From the NCBI RefSeq assembly GCF_009914755.1, contig NC_060926.1: a stretch of 64,000 nt of DNA; one strand, 5' to 3'. The stretch comes from the human T2T-CHM13v2.0 reference genome, Homo sapiens. The notes under the pieces were generated by a model that was given only the letters and a program-made list of their open reading frames with translations, did not search any database and had not been told where the DNA came from. Below, piece by piece: positions 1 through 15,157 of the stretch (positions are counted from its first letter, which is position 1; the number at the start of each line of letters is the position of its first letter). Both the position numbers and the translations under genes were made by a program.

Positions 1-2523
1 CATTCATGTTGAAACTGGTTCAGTGTTTGAACTGCTAACTTCTGCGTGTAATGTTTAAGCAAAAGTGCTTAACCACAAGTTCAGTCTTAATCTCTCAACT
101 AGCATTAAACCCTAAATGGAAACAGGTTTGTAATTCCTTATAAACATTAAGCCCTTGCGAAAAACCTATTCCAGCAATTTGATTTTTCAATAACAGGGCC
201 TCCACACAGGCCAACTCTTTCTCTTTTAGTTGGGAAAATATGAGATAAACTTTAAATGTAGAAAAGCCCTTCCCACAATGCAAATGCGCAAAAGTCAGGG
301 TAGAATAAGCAGGTGTTTTTGTTCTCAAATTCCTCAGGTAAATTTCTTTTTTTCCACTAAACTGACCAACCATAATTAACACTGCTGGGACTGCAAACAG
401 AAAGAAGTCCTGCCATTAATCCCACTCAACTTAAACTAAGATTTTATTAGTTCACAAAAAAATACTGTTTTCAAAAGGCAACGTTTGTATTTTAACCCTA
501 ATAATTGACCAAGTAGGTATATAAATTGATTATAACTTCTCCCAATCCTATGGACTCTATGGAGAATTATGTGGCAGATACCATTATTCAACTTTTATGG
601 CCCACCTCTTCCTGTCAGAGTTCACAGCTGGTTAGTGAAGGCAACAGTGGAAATAATTAAGCACCTTACAAACTCAGACTTAAAACCCAGCTCAACTACG
701 ACCTCTACTAAGAAATACTCTGCTTCCTTCTCTTTCCTGGCAGTCACTCCCTCCTTCGGGCTCTCCCAGTACTTACTCATCACATCCTATAGGATCCTTT
801 CCCTATGTCTCCTAACAACTTAGGGCAGGGATCACTTTTGTTAATTTCTATATTGCTAGCAAGTGGGGCAATGCTTGGGACACAGCAGGCCTTCAGATCT
901 TGTTGCGCAAATAACAACTATGAGGTTACATGCTATGAGGTCTGTAAAAAGAGGGGCAGAAGAAACCACGGCATTTTGCCTTGAAAGAAGCAGAAGGCTT
1001 TTCAAGGAATATTCACACTCACCTTGGAAGCGGAGTGAGATTTAGTACACAAAGATGGGCACTCACAGGAGGGAAGAGCCTCTGCAAGGCAGCAAAGAAT
1101 GGAAGACCAGATGTGCGGAAGACAGCGGTGTATTCAGGAAGCAATCACTGAAGAGTAGACAATGGGAGGAGGCAGGCAGGTTGAGGGTACAGGGCCTATA
1201 TGCCAGGTTAAAGAGGTTTCCATGGAATATTCCAGGCTTTGAGAAGCCCCTGAAGCTATTTCAGGCAGTGACATGAAGACTCATCCCTTTAGAGTCTTTG
1301 GTCAAAAATTATGAAAGATCTGGGTTTTCAAAGAATTTTGTCTACAGATGCCTATTATAGGTTATCTGAAGCTTGTATATATCCTAGGTTACGGACCTGC
1401 CCAACATTTTCTCACATATTTTTATGTATATATTTATATATATATTTCCGTCTATGCTGTTTTATTCCCCAATAGCAGGTGATAAAGGCTCATTTAAACA
1501 CCTAGTGAAATTTTTATATCTGTTTTAATTTTTTTTAAAGGAGGTGAAGAATTTTTTGAAGTGAAAGTTAGAAAAAATACTTAAGATAAATATTCTGAAC
1601 TCCTTTTTCATCGCTGTACTTATATACCAAGATTCTGGAAAGGCAACATCCCATCCCTGCGTCAGTAAGGTTAGACGCTGAGGGCCCACTTAACCTGGAG
1701 GCTTCCCTAAGTGACAAGACTCTCAAACTGGATGATCCAATAGGGAAGGTTCTAAGTCAAGGGACAAAACAAATCTCCTGGCCCTTCAAGTGCTTGGCCC
1801 AAGGAAAAGTAACGCCGAGCCCTGCGACTCTGCCAGGTATTTAAAAATGTAAGATAAGGTGATATTTGTGAGCCGGCCAGAAGGCAACGAAAGGCAGAGA
1901 GCAGATCACCGGCAGCCTCGGATTTCACTCTTGCAGCTCGGCCTGAAACAGAGGGAAGCATCGGCCCGGTGCAGGGCAGGAGGCCAGGGCACCCGCTTTC
2001 CCCGGGGAGCCGGACTGGGCGGCAGGCGGCGCACCCTGGCACGGAGGGAGGCGGGTACCCGGGCGCGCCGAGTGGCGCGGAGAGCCGGGCTGCAAGGCGG
2101 GTGTGGAGTGGCGGCTGTCAGGAAGAGAGGCCAGCATCCTCCCCGGCCTCAGAAAAGCACTGGGGCCTCCGCGGCTTCTACGTGGCCCCGTTACCCACGA
2201 CGAGAGGGTCACGACGGGAGGCAGAGGAGCGGCTGCGCCCGCAGAGTCCCCCAGGACGCGGCCCCCGGGGCCCTGGAAACCCAGGGCGGGGCCCCCGCAA
2301 CCACACCCCACCCGCGGCTGCCTGTCCGCGTGGCCACCGGCCACGGGCTGCGGTCCCGGCACGCGGGGGGAGGAAGATGCGGCGGCGCCGCCTGGTCCTC
2401 CGCTCCACCGCCCCGGCGATCCCTGAGATAAAAGTTTGCAGCATGCGGCTCGTCTGCAGTGCGAGTCACATCCGCCGCGCCGCCTCCTGCAGCACCAACG
2501 CTCATAGAACGAACAAATACATT

Positions 2524-2562
<39 letters not shown>

Positions 2563-2698
2563 GTTGAAGCCAGTAGGCCCCGAAGCCGGCCTCTCTGCCT
2601 CCAGGGCGTGCATGCAGGCTAGCCCAGCATCCCGCGCCCCCTCCCGCCCGGCCTCGGCGCCCGGCCTGTGCCGGCCCCGCCGCGCCCGCCGCACTGAC
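1..2698 (-). other. STK39: STK39 intron 1 (5' part); 5' splice site GTCAGT at 2698-2693
   Basis: Canonical GT donor directly after the VI-G codons. No further kinase-coding sequence is visible before the window start. Confidence 0.9.
2532..2560 (+). repeat. A29 homopolymer inside the CpG island
   Basis: 29 consecutive A, with no Alu or L1 body attached. Confidence 0.95.
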
Positions 2699-2906
2699 CG
2701 ATAACCTCCTGCAGCTCGTACGCGTCCCTGCAGATGGGCCAGCCGACAGCCTGTGCCGCCGGGGCCGGGGCCGGGGCCGGGGCCGCGGGAGCTGCCGGGG
2801 CCGGCGCTGCTGTCGCGGCCGCCGGGGCCGCCGCCGCCGCCGCTGTCACCGGGGCCGCCTGCTGGGGAAGCTGGACGTGCACGGGCGAGCCGCTCGGCTC
2901 CGCCAT
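2699..2906 (-). CDS. STK39: STK39 (SPAK, STE20/SPS1-related Pro/Ala-rich kinase) coding exon 1
   Basis: Minus-strand ATG at 2906 in good Kozak context (agcatcATGG) gives [69 protein letters not shown](G). This is the SPAK N-terminal PAPA box followed by the start of the kinase domain. The exon has 208 coding nt (phase 1) and ends at a G|GTCAGT donor. Confidence 0.97.
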
Positions 2907-3249
2907 GATGCTGCGGAGGAGAGCAGGAGGACGCGCCGGCCGACGGACGACCTTCCACTTGAAACTTCCTTTGCCTCGCCGCCGACACCTCTCGGCCGGC
3001 GCACGCCCTCCCCGCCCGCCGCCGCCGCCGCCGTCCCCGCCGAAGCCAGCTAGGAGGGGAGGGAGCAAGGGAGGCCGAGCTGGGCGGAGGGAGGAGGCAG
3101 CGCCGGCGGAGGCGGGGAAGGGAGGAGGCGGCGGCCGCTGCGCTCGCCGCGCGCCCAGAGCCTAGCGCGCGCTGTTCTCCGCCTCGGCGAGGGGAACCGC
3201 CGCCCCCCCTCTCCGCCGCCCCCTCCCGCTCCCGCTCCGCTGGCGGCCG

Positions 3250-3259
3250 GGGAAGTTCC
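3250..3259 (+). promoter_or_regulatory. NF-kB consensus site GGGAAGTTCC
   Basis: Matches GGGRNNYYCC about 350 bp upstream of the ATG. Consistent with the reported NF-kB regulation of the SPAK promoter (recalled, not verified). Confidence 0.6.
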
Positions 3260-5262
3260 CACCAAAGGAGTCAGGCCGCTTTGTGTGTGCTTTCGGGGCC
3301 ACCGGCCCTGGTTCTCCTCCTCCCTCCCTGCTCGCCCTGCGCCTTGGCCCCAGACAATCAGGCTTGCCGGAGGACGCCCCCTGGGGACCCCGAGGGCGGG
3401 GTCGTTGAACGGCCGCCAGGTTCTCACATTCAGAATTCTCCTGCCACCAAAGAGAACCTGAAGTTCATTTACAAGTTGACGAGCGGGATACCTACATGGT
3501 GTCCCTTTGCAAGACGCCAGTTAGAAAATAACCCAAGTTGTAAGTTTCCGGCGCTTTACTTGCCGGTATCCCTTTCCCACCTTGCCTAATCTAATCGCAG
3601 TCCTTCTAGTTTTTCTTAGTAAATGAAACTTGATTCCTTAGGTCTCTGGCTGTTCAGACTTCATTTTTTCCAAGCCGCCTGGATCCCAGGGAGGCGATTT
3701 AAGGGGCTGTGGAATTAGAATAAGACATGCAGGAGAGGTTTAGAAAGTTTGCTCAAATTCTACACCCTTAATAATTGCCACGTTAGCCCGTGAGGACACT
3801 GAGGCCAGACATCAGGCGTTTCTTTAAGAGCGTATACTTGGTGGGGAAATAATTTATTGGGGCATGAATAAACTGTGTTGGAAGCTTTTAATTGCTGTTT
3901 TTTCAACACCCCAAAAATAACCTCGTCTGTAAAACTGCTATGGTAAAACCATAGGTTTTCCTAATTATAGGTGTCATATTTAACAGTGAATGTTCTCTGT
4001 GTTCCCTCCGTGGAGGTGACCAGGATCCACCGTTCTTGTCTCCAACTGAAACGGGGCAGTAAACCAATAGTATTGGTCGTTTGGCCAAGATGATCTTGTC
4101 TGGTTCTCATTGCTAGGACTGCTGAAGAAATAGGTAAGAATAATGAGGATGTAATAAAAACTCTAGGGATATCATGATTTTGTCTCCCGAGTGTATGTAC
4201 AGAAATCTCACTAAAATTTTTGAAAGATTATTCAGAAGAAGCCCAGAAATTTATTAGGAAAGTTAGTTGTCTAATCAAAACATTGATGTCCACTGAAGAT
4301 GAGGGCACTTAATCTCTTGGAGCATTACAAAAGTTGGAGTAAAGCAGCTACCTCGCTCTGGTCTTGAAGCAGAAGTTCATGCTGAACTAAGTGTACATTC
4401 TTTGATGCGGAGGACTTCAAAAACTGTGTCTTGTCATGTCTGTCAAGAAACAGAGCCCTTCATAAACAAATTCTAGGCCTCTGAGGAACAGGGGAGCTCT
4501 TTATACCAAGCCATGGCTGCTGACCTCTTCAAGTGCTGCCTCCACCCTACCCCAAAGAACTTTTAAGGACTGTTTTTAAAGGAAAAGAAAAATGATCAAA
4601 TGAATATGACTTCCATTTTGTCATATGAATTTCTATTTTTGACTTTCAAACCATGAAGTGGGATTATGAAGACCAGGAATGTTCTTGGGACTTAGTAGGA
4701 AAACATGATGCCGTCAAGATCAATATCACAGAATTGAATCAAACACAGATCAATTAGTCTCCCACAAAAAGCAACTGTTCCCCAGTCACAGACTACATGT
4801 CGGTCTCTAGTCAACCGCTTTCCAAATGGCTACCAGGATGAAGACTTGCTTGAGTGGATGACTCAGTGCACATCCATCATTTCTACAGTAAATCGGTTTA
4901 AAGAAGAATGTCCCCTGGCATTGCTCTTTGGCATCATTTTTATAAATGAAGAACAGAATATGAATAATATTTTAAAATTATACAAAAGCATTAGAGTTAA
5001 TGTTTCTGTAAACAATTGGGTAAAATGGTACTTAAAACTTAGAAATATATGTTTTTTAGAAGTATTCAACTGATATGCACTTTTCCCGGAAAATCCATTA
5101 CTAAATTTAAATTGAAAGATGGGGATGGAGGCGGGTGCCTTTAAAATATAAACAAGGTTTATTTCAATGCATAAAGAGTACATTCAGTGAGCGATGTTAA
5201 AAATAGAAAGGAAAAATAAGGGTCTAAATGTTTTTAAAGTGTATCCAACTGCCTCATGATGT

Positions 5263-5772
5263 GTCAGGGTTTCTCAATCTCAGCGCTGTTTTGTGTCAGA
5301 TAGTTCTCTTCGTTGTAGAGGTCTGTTCTCCTGTGGTATGGTCTGAATGTTTCTGTCCCCCCAAAATTCATATGTTGACACTTAATCGGCAGTGGAATAG
5401 TATTAAGAGCCTTTAGCAGGAGATTGGGTCATGAGGACAGAGCCCTCCTGAGTTAGATTAGTGCCCTTATAAATGAGGCCGGAAGGAGCTTGATGAGGAT
5501 GCAGCTAGAGGCATTAGCTATGAAGTAGAGGGCAAGCCCTCAGTAAATACCTAATTTGCTGGCACCTTGATCTTGGACTTTCAGCCTCCAGAACTGTAAA
5601 AATGAATTTCCGTTGTTTGTCAGCTACCCAGTCTAAGGTATTTTGTCATACCAGCCAGAGCAGACAAAGGCACCCTGGCCTCTATGCACTAGATGCCAGT
5701 GGCAACCCTGCTGCTGACATTGTGACTATCAACAATGCCTCCAGACATTGCCAAATGTCCCCTGGAGGGTAA
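5263..5772 (-). mobile_element. MER20-like hAT DNA transposon, split by a MaLR LTR
   Basis: cagggtttctcaa... at the left end and ...ccagacattgccaaatgtcccctgg at the right end match the reverse of MER20. Confidence 0.7.
5332..5670 (+). mobile_element. MaLR solo LTR (MLT1A/MST-like)
   Basis: tgtggtatggtctgaatgtt...ccccaaaattcatatgttga and ttgatcttggactt..cagcctccagaactg motifs. Confidence 0.75.
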
Positions 5773-5931
5773 ATAATGCTTTAGATGAAGTAAGTATACA
5801 TTTTCATTTTGTAAACAGATTATTGCAGTGGTTATTTGTATTACAAAGAGGTTTCGTAGAGTTCCATTATTTATTCATAAACCCTTTGAACATCTAAGAG
5901 AGGATGTGTAGTGAAGTGGCCAACGCCTTGA

Positions 5932-7077
<1,146 letters not shown>

Positions 7078-8283
7078 TCATTTTTTTTAAGTCTCTGCCT
7101 TTGGACTTACTTCACTCTCTGAGTCTCAGTTTTCTCCTGTGCAAAAATCAGTACAATAATAGCTTCCACATGGGTTGTTATAATGGCTTAGGATAATGGA
7201 TGACACATAATAGAAGTTTAACAAAATGGAAACCACCACCACCATCATCATCATTATTCCTGTCTGCCAAGATTTGTAGCAAAATATGTAGTGCAAAGAT
7301 ATATAATTACAAGAATGAACTTTGCAGAATATAAGCTCCCTGAGGGCAGGATTTTTTGTTCCTTTGGTTTACTGCTGTATCCCAGTACCTAGAAAAACAC
7401 CTGGCACAGAGGACACTCAGTAAATATTTGTTAAATGTTAATGTAACACTTTTTAAATACATAAAACATACTTTTAAGCATCAGAATGAGTCAGCACTGG
7501 CAAGGGTGGATTTTATAGGAGGAAATTGGAGGCAAGGAGACCTATTTGGAAGCCATTGCAATAGTCAAGTTAGAGAAATGTAAATATTAGCTATTATATT
7601 GAGGATAATGATGAGGAAAGTGGCTTTAAAAATTATTTATGGAGCAGAGAAATAGAACTTGACGACAGACAGATAAGATTCTTTTAAAAGTCAAATTGCC
7701 CCAATGCATTAAAAAAGTGGATGTGCACAAATGCAATTTATAAAATGTTTTAGAAATGCATCCGTGGGAGAAGTGAGAGGTTGTCTTGACAGATGATGAT
7801 TTTCCCATGGCTAAAATGTAATCTAACACAAAAGCACCATCATTGCATGGTGGAAAATAGTCAGGTATCCTAAGGTCTGAAGAAAATCGATCACCGTCAT
7901 TTGTCATGGCCAACTCTTTCATACCCACTATTTTGGTAACTCTGAGTGAAAAGTTGTGAAAGAGCTGGACTTGGGTTATAATAATTGTTTCCAAAGACAA
8001 AGATCAAACTTTTTTTGAATGAGGGTAATGGTAGGGCATGATGGAAAGGGCATGGCTGAATTGAAATCCCTGTACTACACTTTCTAGCTGGTAGTCTAAA
8101 TTTTCTGAGCCTCTGTTTTCTTAAAATTGGGACAATTAGCCCAGGACTGTAAGAGCTATGTAAGAATTAAATGAGCTAGTATGGGCAACATGCCTGACCC
8201 ACACACACGTTGTAGTGGTACAGTGGATGGCTCCGGAATTTCTGACTAGGAGGGCCCAGGGGTAGTAGTCTCAGGGGAAGGTA

Positions 8284-9171
8284 GGTATTAAGGTTGAATC
8301 ATGTCCCCTAAAAGAGTTGAAGTCCTAAGCTCAGGTAGTTGGGAATGTGAACTTATTTGGAAATAGAGTATTTGCAGAGGCAAAGACTGGATTAGTCTGG
8401 GCCCTAATGCAATGACTGGTATCCTTATAATAAAAGAGGAAATTTGGACACAGAGACAAATAGAAACACATACACACACACACACAAGGAGAATGCCATG
8501 TGTTGATGGAGGCAGAGATTGGAGTGATGTGTCTACAAGTCAAGAATGCCAAAAATAGCAGGCAATCACCAGAAGCTAGGAAAGAAACAAGGAACAGATT
8601 TTCCCTCAGAGCCTCCCATAAGAAATCAACCCTGCCAAGGGTTAATTTTGGCCAGCTAGCCTCCAGATTGTGAAAGCATAAACTTCTGTTGTTTTAAGCC
8701 CCCCAGTATGTGTATTGGTTACAGCAGCCTGTCAACCTAAATAACAAACACAGAAGGAGACTTTAAAAGAAAATGATGCTTATTTTGGAATAGGGTTCTT
8801 GTACATAGTAAACTGTGGGTATTCAGGGAGATAAAAGTTTTTTGTTTGTTTGTTTGTTTGTTTTAAAATGAGGAGTCAATAATTGTTTTCAGATAATTAT
8901 CCTTGGCTACAAGGATGAATAACAGGGGTAATACCAGTCTGAGGTTGGACAGTTGTTGGGCAGTTGTTGGGCAGACGTCCTCACAGAAGTATTGTGTGCC
9001 TATATGTGTGCGTATAAAGTTGCAATGGCCTTTTTGCAAGGTTGTGGTTTTTGCAGCCTTTTGTGCATGAGAGCCCTCCCTTCCTGTCCTTCTCAGTTCT
9101 ACTTGTCAGGGTTTTTGCCACAACTCCATTTTGATTCTGACAACTTTCAGAAGCCTTAGGAAACTAGACAG
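8284..9171 (+). mobile_element. MLT1 (B/C-like) MaLR LTR, interrupted near its 3' end by an ERV1-class LTR (about 8730-9149, minus, MER67/MER31-like)
   Basis: MLT1 motifs (gaatgtgaacttatttggaaatag; tgttgttttaagcc). The insert has TG...CA ends, and the MLT1 end resumes with agccttaggaaacta. Subfamily of the insert is uncertain. Confidence 0.6.
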
Positions 9172-9248
9172 TGGAATTATGGGATTTGCTCTTTAGCCAG
9201 TTGCATTTTATTTGAACTGGCTTTAGCAATGAGCACTAATGAAAATTA

Positions 9249-9664
<416 letters not shown>

Positions 9665-10880
9665 TCAGCAGTGACAGCAAATGTCCATCTGAAAAATGCA
9701 TTTGAAAATGTATGACCCTTTCCGACTTTGAAGACCAAGCCATCTCGCACTGAACATAATAACAGAAGTGTCATGTGCCTTCCACTGACACAACTAATGC
9801 TATTACCCAAAGTCCAGAGCTGGTGTAACTCAATTTTATTAGGATTAGCACAATTTAGTGTTCAGGTGTCATTACTACCTATTTCCCAACAATAAACAGA
9901 AAGAGGATTTATTTTAGATTGAATTATTGCAGAGACATTGCATTTTAAATTCATCACATGGATTTAATGGGTTAAATTTATAAGAATTATAACTTCCAGA
10001 CATGTTTTCATTTATTTCCCAACCAGCTATTGAAATTGACTTTCTATTGCATTTTATATTACATACAAAATAGCTCTGGTGACAGTTAATGTCTTTTTAT
10101 TAATGTCAGAAGTTTCTGACCCTGATTTGGGTACTGATAGAGTACTCACTAGAAGCCCTACTATCTCTACCCATAGGGGAAGACTTCCATATTTAGCAAG
10201 GATTGCCCTTGGCTAAAACACCAGAGGGCATTATAGTCATCTACATGGCATACATATTTCTTTCATGCTGTCATCTGTCTAAAGCCTGATAGTCCCGTCC
10301 CAGGCAGAATGACATAAAAATGTAATTTAAAGCAATTGATTTTTTAGTGCAATCTCTGTTGAAGAACCACTTCAAGAGGAATCCATTCATTACACATGAA
10401 ACAGCAGTTTCTGAAAATATTTTGTTTATCCCTCTCACCTTCAGATTCTTACAAATACCAAGGATGTCTGAAAGCCTTTTACTTCTTTTCTATTCAAAAA
10501 ACTTCCCACCAAAACCACCATAAGCCCTAAACACTCTTCTATCTCTGCCCCGGGCCTCCCCTGCCAGGCTCAGATCTTCATCTGGAGAGACATCTTGGGT
10601 TGTATGTATTCTGAAAAATAAAGGAGAGCCAGGGACTGGCCTGGCTTATTAAAAAGGATGTATGTAGTAAAACACAATTTAACTAATTAATATTCATTCA
10701 TTCTATAAATACATTCTTAAGGATTAAGTGTGTGGCACTTTGCCAACTGCTGTGGGTAAAATAGGCAAAAGGATCTCAGCCCTTAAGAACTCTATATAAC
10801 TTAGTGAAACTCCACTTTATCCAGTGTCGAGGCTTCTGGAGCTCCAAAACATGTGAATAACACTTAAACTAGCGAGAGTG

Positions 10881-11143
10881 GGCCAGGTGAGGTGGCTCAC
10901 GCCTGTAATCTTAGCACTTTGGGAGGCCGAAGCAGGCGGATCGCTTGCGGTCAGGAGTTCGAGACCAGCCTGGCCAACATGGCGAAACTCCATCTCTGCT
11001 AAAAATACAAAAATTAGCCAGAAATCTCTTGAACCCAGGAGGTGGAGGTTGCAGTGAGCTGAGATCGTGTCACTGCACTCCAGCATGGCTGACAGAGTGA
11101 GACTCCACCTCAAAAAAAAAGAAAACAAAAACAAAAACAAAAC
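10881..11143 (+). mobile_element. AluS with internal deletion in the right arm
   Basis: Alu consensus that jumps from attagcca to gaaatctcttgaacc. Confidence 0.9.
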
Positions 11144-12531
11144 TAGGGAGAATCGTCCAAACCAGAGGTAACAGAGATGTATTATGATGGGTCAGGTTTA
11201 CTGGTCAAAATAACTTCTTTTACTATCGATTGACAAAGTCTTTAAAACAAACAAACAAACCCAGGTCCTTCTGGTACTAAAGTCAAGAAAAAAAATGGCA
11301 GGGCATGGCAAGAAAATAAAAATGAAAACCAGAGAAAAGAGAGAGCAGAAGGAGAGGCAGCAAGAGATAAGAGTGAGAGGCAGACAACTTTGGCATTTAG
11401 CACTTAGGAAAGGACAGCAGAAATGGCCTTGAGGAGAGAAAAGAATTGGAGTGGAAGGAAGTTCAGTATCAGGGGCCAGATCCGCATCAAAGGAGACACA
11501 GTCCAGGTGCATGCACATATGTCTACACAGCGTGACTAGTGGGACCATGTCACACCAAAGAGTCTTGGCCCAGTAAGGCACATTGTCCTGCCAGAAAGCT
11601 AGTCCCGCACTGCCAGACCTTCCTGTTGTTTCAAGAGAAGCCAACAAATCTGATTTCATGTGAAATTTCTCAGCTTTAAAATATTGGCCCATCTTTATAA
11701 AATACTGTACAGAATCTGATACCATACACTTAATGTTTAAAAACAAGAGAACAACACTAAATGTAGTCTTTGAATAAATATTTAGTGAAAAGTGATTGGA
11801 ATGATAAATTCCAAATCCAGTTGTTACCCCTGGAGAGGGAGGGAGAGAAGGAAGGAAGGGGAAAGGTACACAAAGGGCTTCTATTGCATCTATGTTGTTT
11901 TATTACTTTAATAAAAATGTGTAAGAAATAGAGCAAAATAATAAGATTTGTTAGACTGGATGGTAGGTGTGTGAGTTTTTATGACATTATTCCCACTGTT
12001 CTGTAGGTTTGAAATATTTCACAATCTAAAAACAATAATACTTTGCAGGACAAACAAAACGTTTGTAGTCCACATCAGGCTTGTGGAGCACTATTTGCAG
12101 ACTTTGCACAGCATGTTTTAATGGGCATAGAGCCCATACTTACATCAGACCAGGAAGAACAGCCTTTTGCTTGTCCCCAGAGTAAGGCGCAGGTGATCCA
12201 GGTGTTCTTCAGCCTAGCTGAGTATCAGAGTCACCTGTGCAGCTTGTCAACAATTCTTATTCCTGGGTCTCACCTGCATTCTACCAAACTATAGTCTGCA
12301 GGTAGAAGTCAGGCATCCAGGTGACCCAAAAGTTTAGCCAGAGTTGAAAATAACTATGGTAGCCCTGAGAACATCACTGTGACACATGAAAGCCACACCA
12401 ACTAGCAAAGCACAGGGGTCAGAGAGCTCCCAAGAGGGTGGCAATTTTAAAAGGCTCAATGGTCATGGTGGCTTTCCTGAATTAGACATAACAAATGACA
12501 ATTAAAGCAAAATGACAAAAAGAAGTAAACC

Positions 12532-12915
12532 TGTGATGGTTAATAGTGAGTGTCAACTTGATTGGATTGAAGGATACAAAGTGTTGATATTGAGTATGTC
12601 TGTGAGTGTGTTGCCAAAGGAGATTAACATTTGAGTCAATGGGCTGGGAAAAGCAGACCCACCCTTAATCTAGGTAGGTACAATCTAACCAGCTGCCAGT
12701 GAGGCTAGAATATAAGCAGGCAGAAAAATGTGAAATGAGAGACTGGCCTAGCCTCCCGCCCACACCTTTCTCCCATGCTGGATGCTTCCTGCCCTCGAAC
12801 ATCGGACTCCAAGTTCTTCAGTTTTGGGACTTGGACTGGCTCTCCTTGGTCCTCAGCCTGCAGATGGCCTATTGTGGAACCTTGTGATCATGTGAATTAA
12901 TAATAAACTCCCCTT

Positions 12916-12958
<43 letters not shown>

Positions 12959-12994
12959 TTCATTAGCTCTGTCCCTCTAGAGAATCCTAATACA
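12532..12994 (+). mobile_element. 5' LTR (MLT2A1-like)
   Basis: tgtgatggttaata.tgagtgtcaacttgattggattgaagg start; AATAAA at about 12902; (TA)n(CA)n expansion at about 12915-12958; ctaataca end. Confidence 0.9.
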
Positions 12995-13035
12995 GATTTT
13001 GATACCAGGAATGGTTCTAGAGGAACAGAATATTA

Positions 13036-15140
<2,105 letters not shown>

Positions 15141-15157
15141 GGGGAGGCTGGGCCCCC

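Larger units (their letters stand above)
1870..3560. promoter_or_regulatory. STK39: CpG island / TATA-less GC-rich promoter of STK39
   Basis: Very high GC and CpG density around exon 1, with GC boxes (e.g. GGGCGG near 3082). The TSS is probably near 3050-3150 on the minus strand but cannot be fixed from sequence alone. Confidence 0.9.

Noticed and set aside
2907-3068. In-frame N-terminal extension of STK39 in the ORF track (2619-3068)
   Set aside because: It starts at a non-ATG codon near the probable TSS and runs past the donor into the intron. No evidence of use is visible in the sequence.
1752-3589. Many overlapping 90-217 aa ORFs around exon 1
   Set aside because: Expected in GC-rich DNA, which is poor in stop codons. 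They are low-complexity, and only the 2906-2699 frame matches a known protein and ends at a splice donor.
11198-11746. 182-aa minus-strand ORF
   Set aside because: Non-ATG start, no recognisable domain or splice structure, and part of it is the complement of a purine-rich low-complexity tract.
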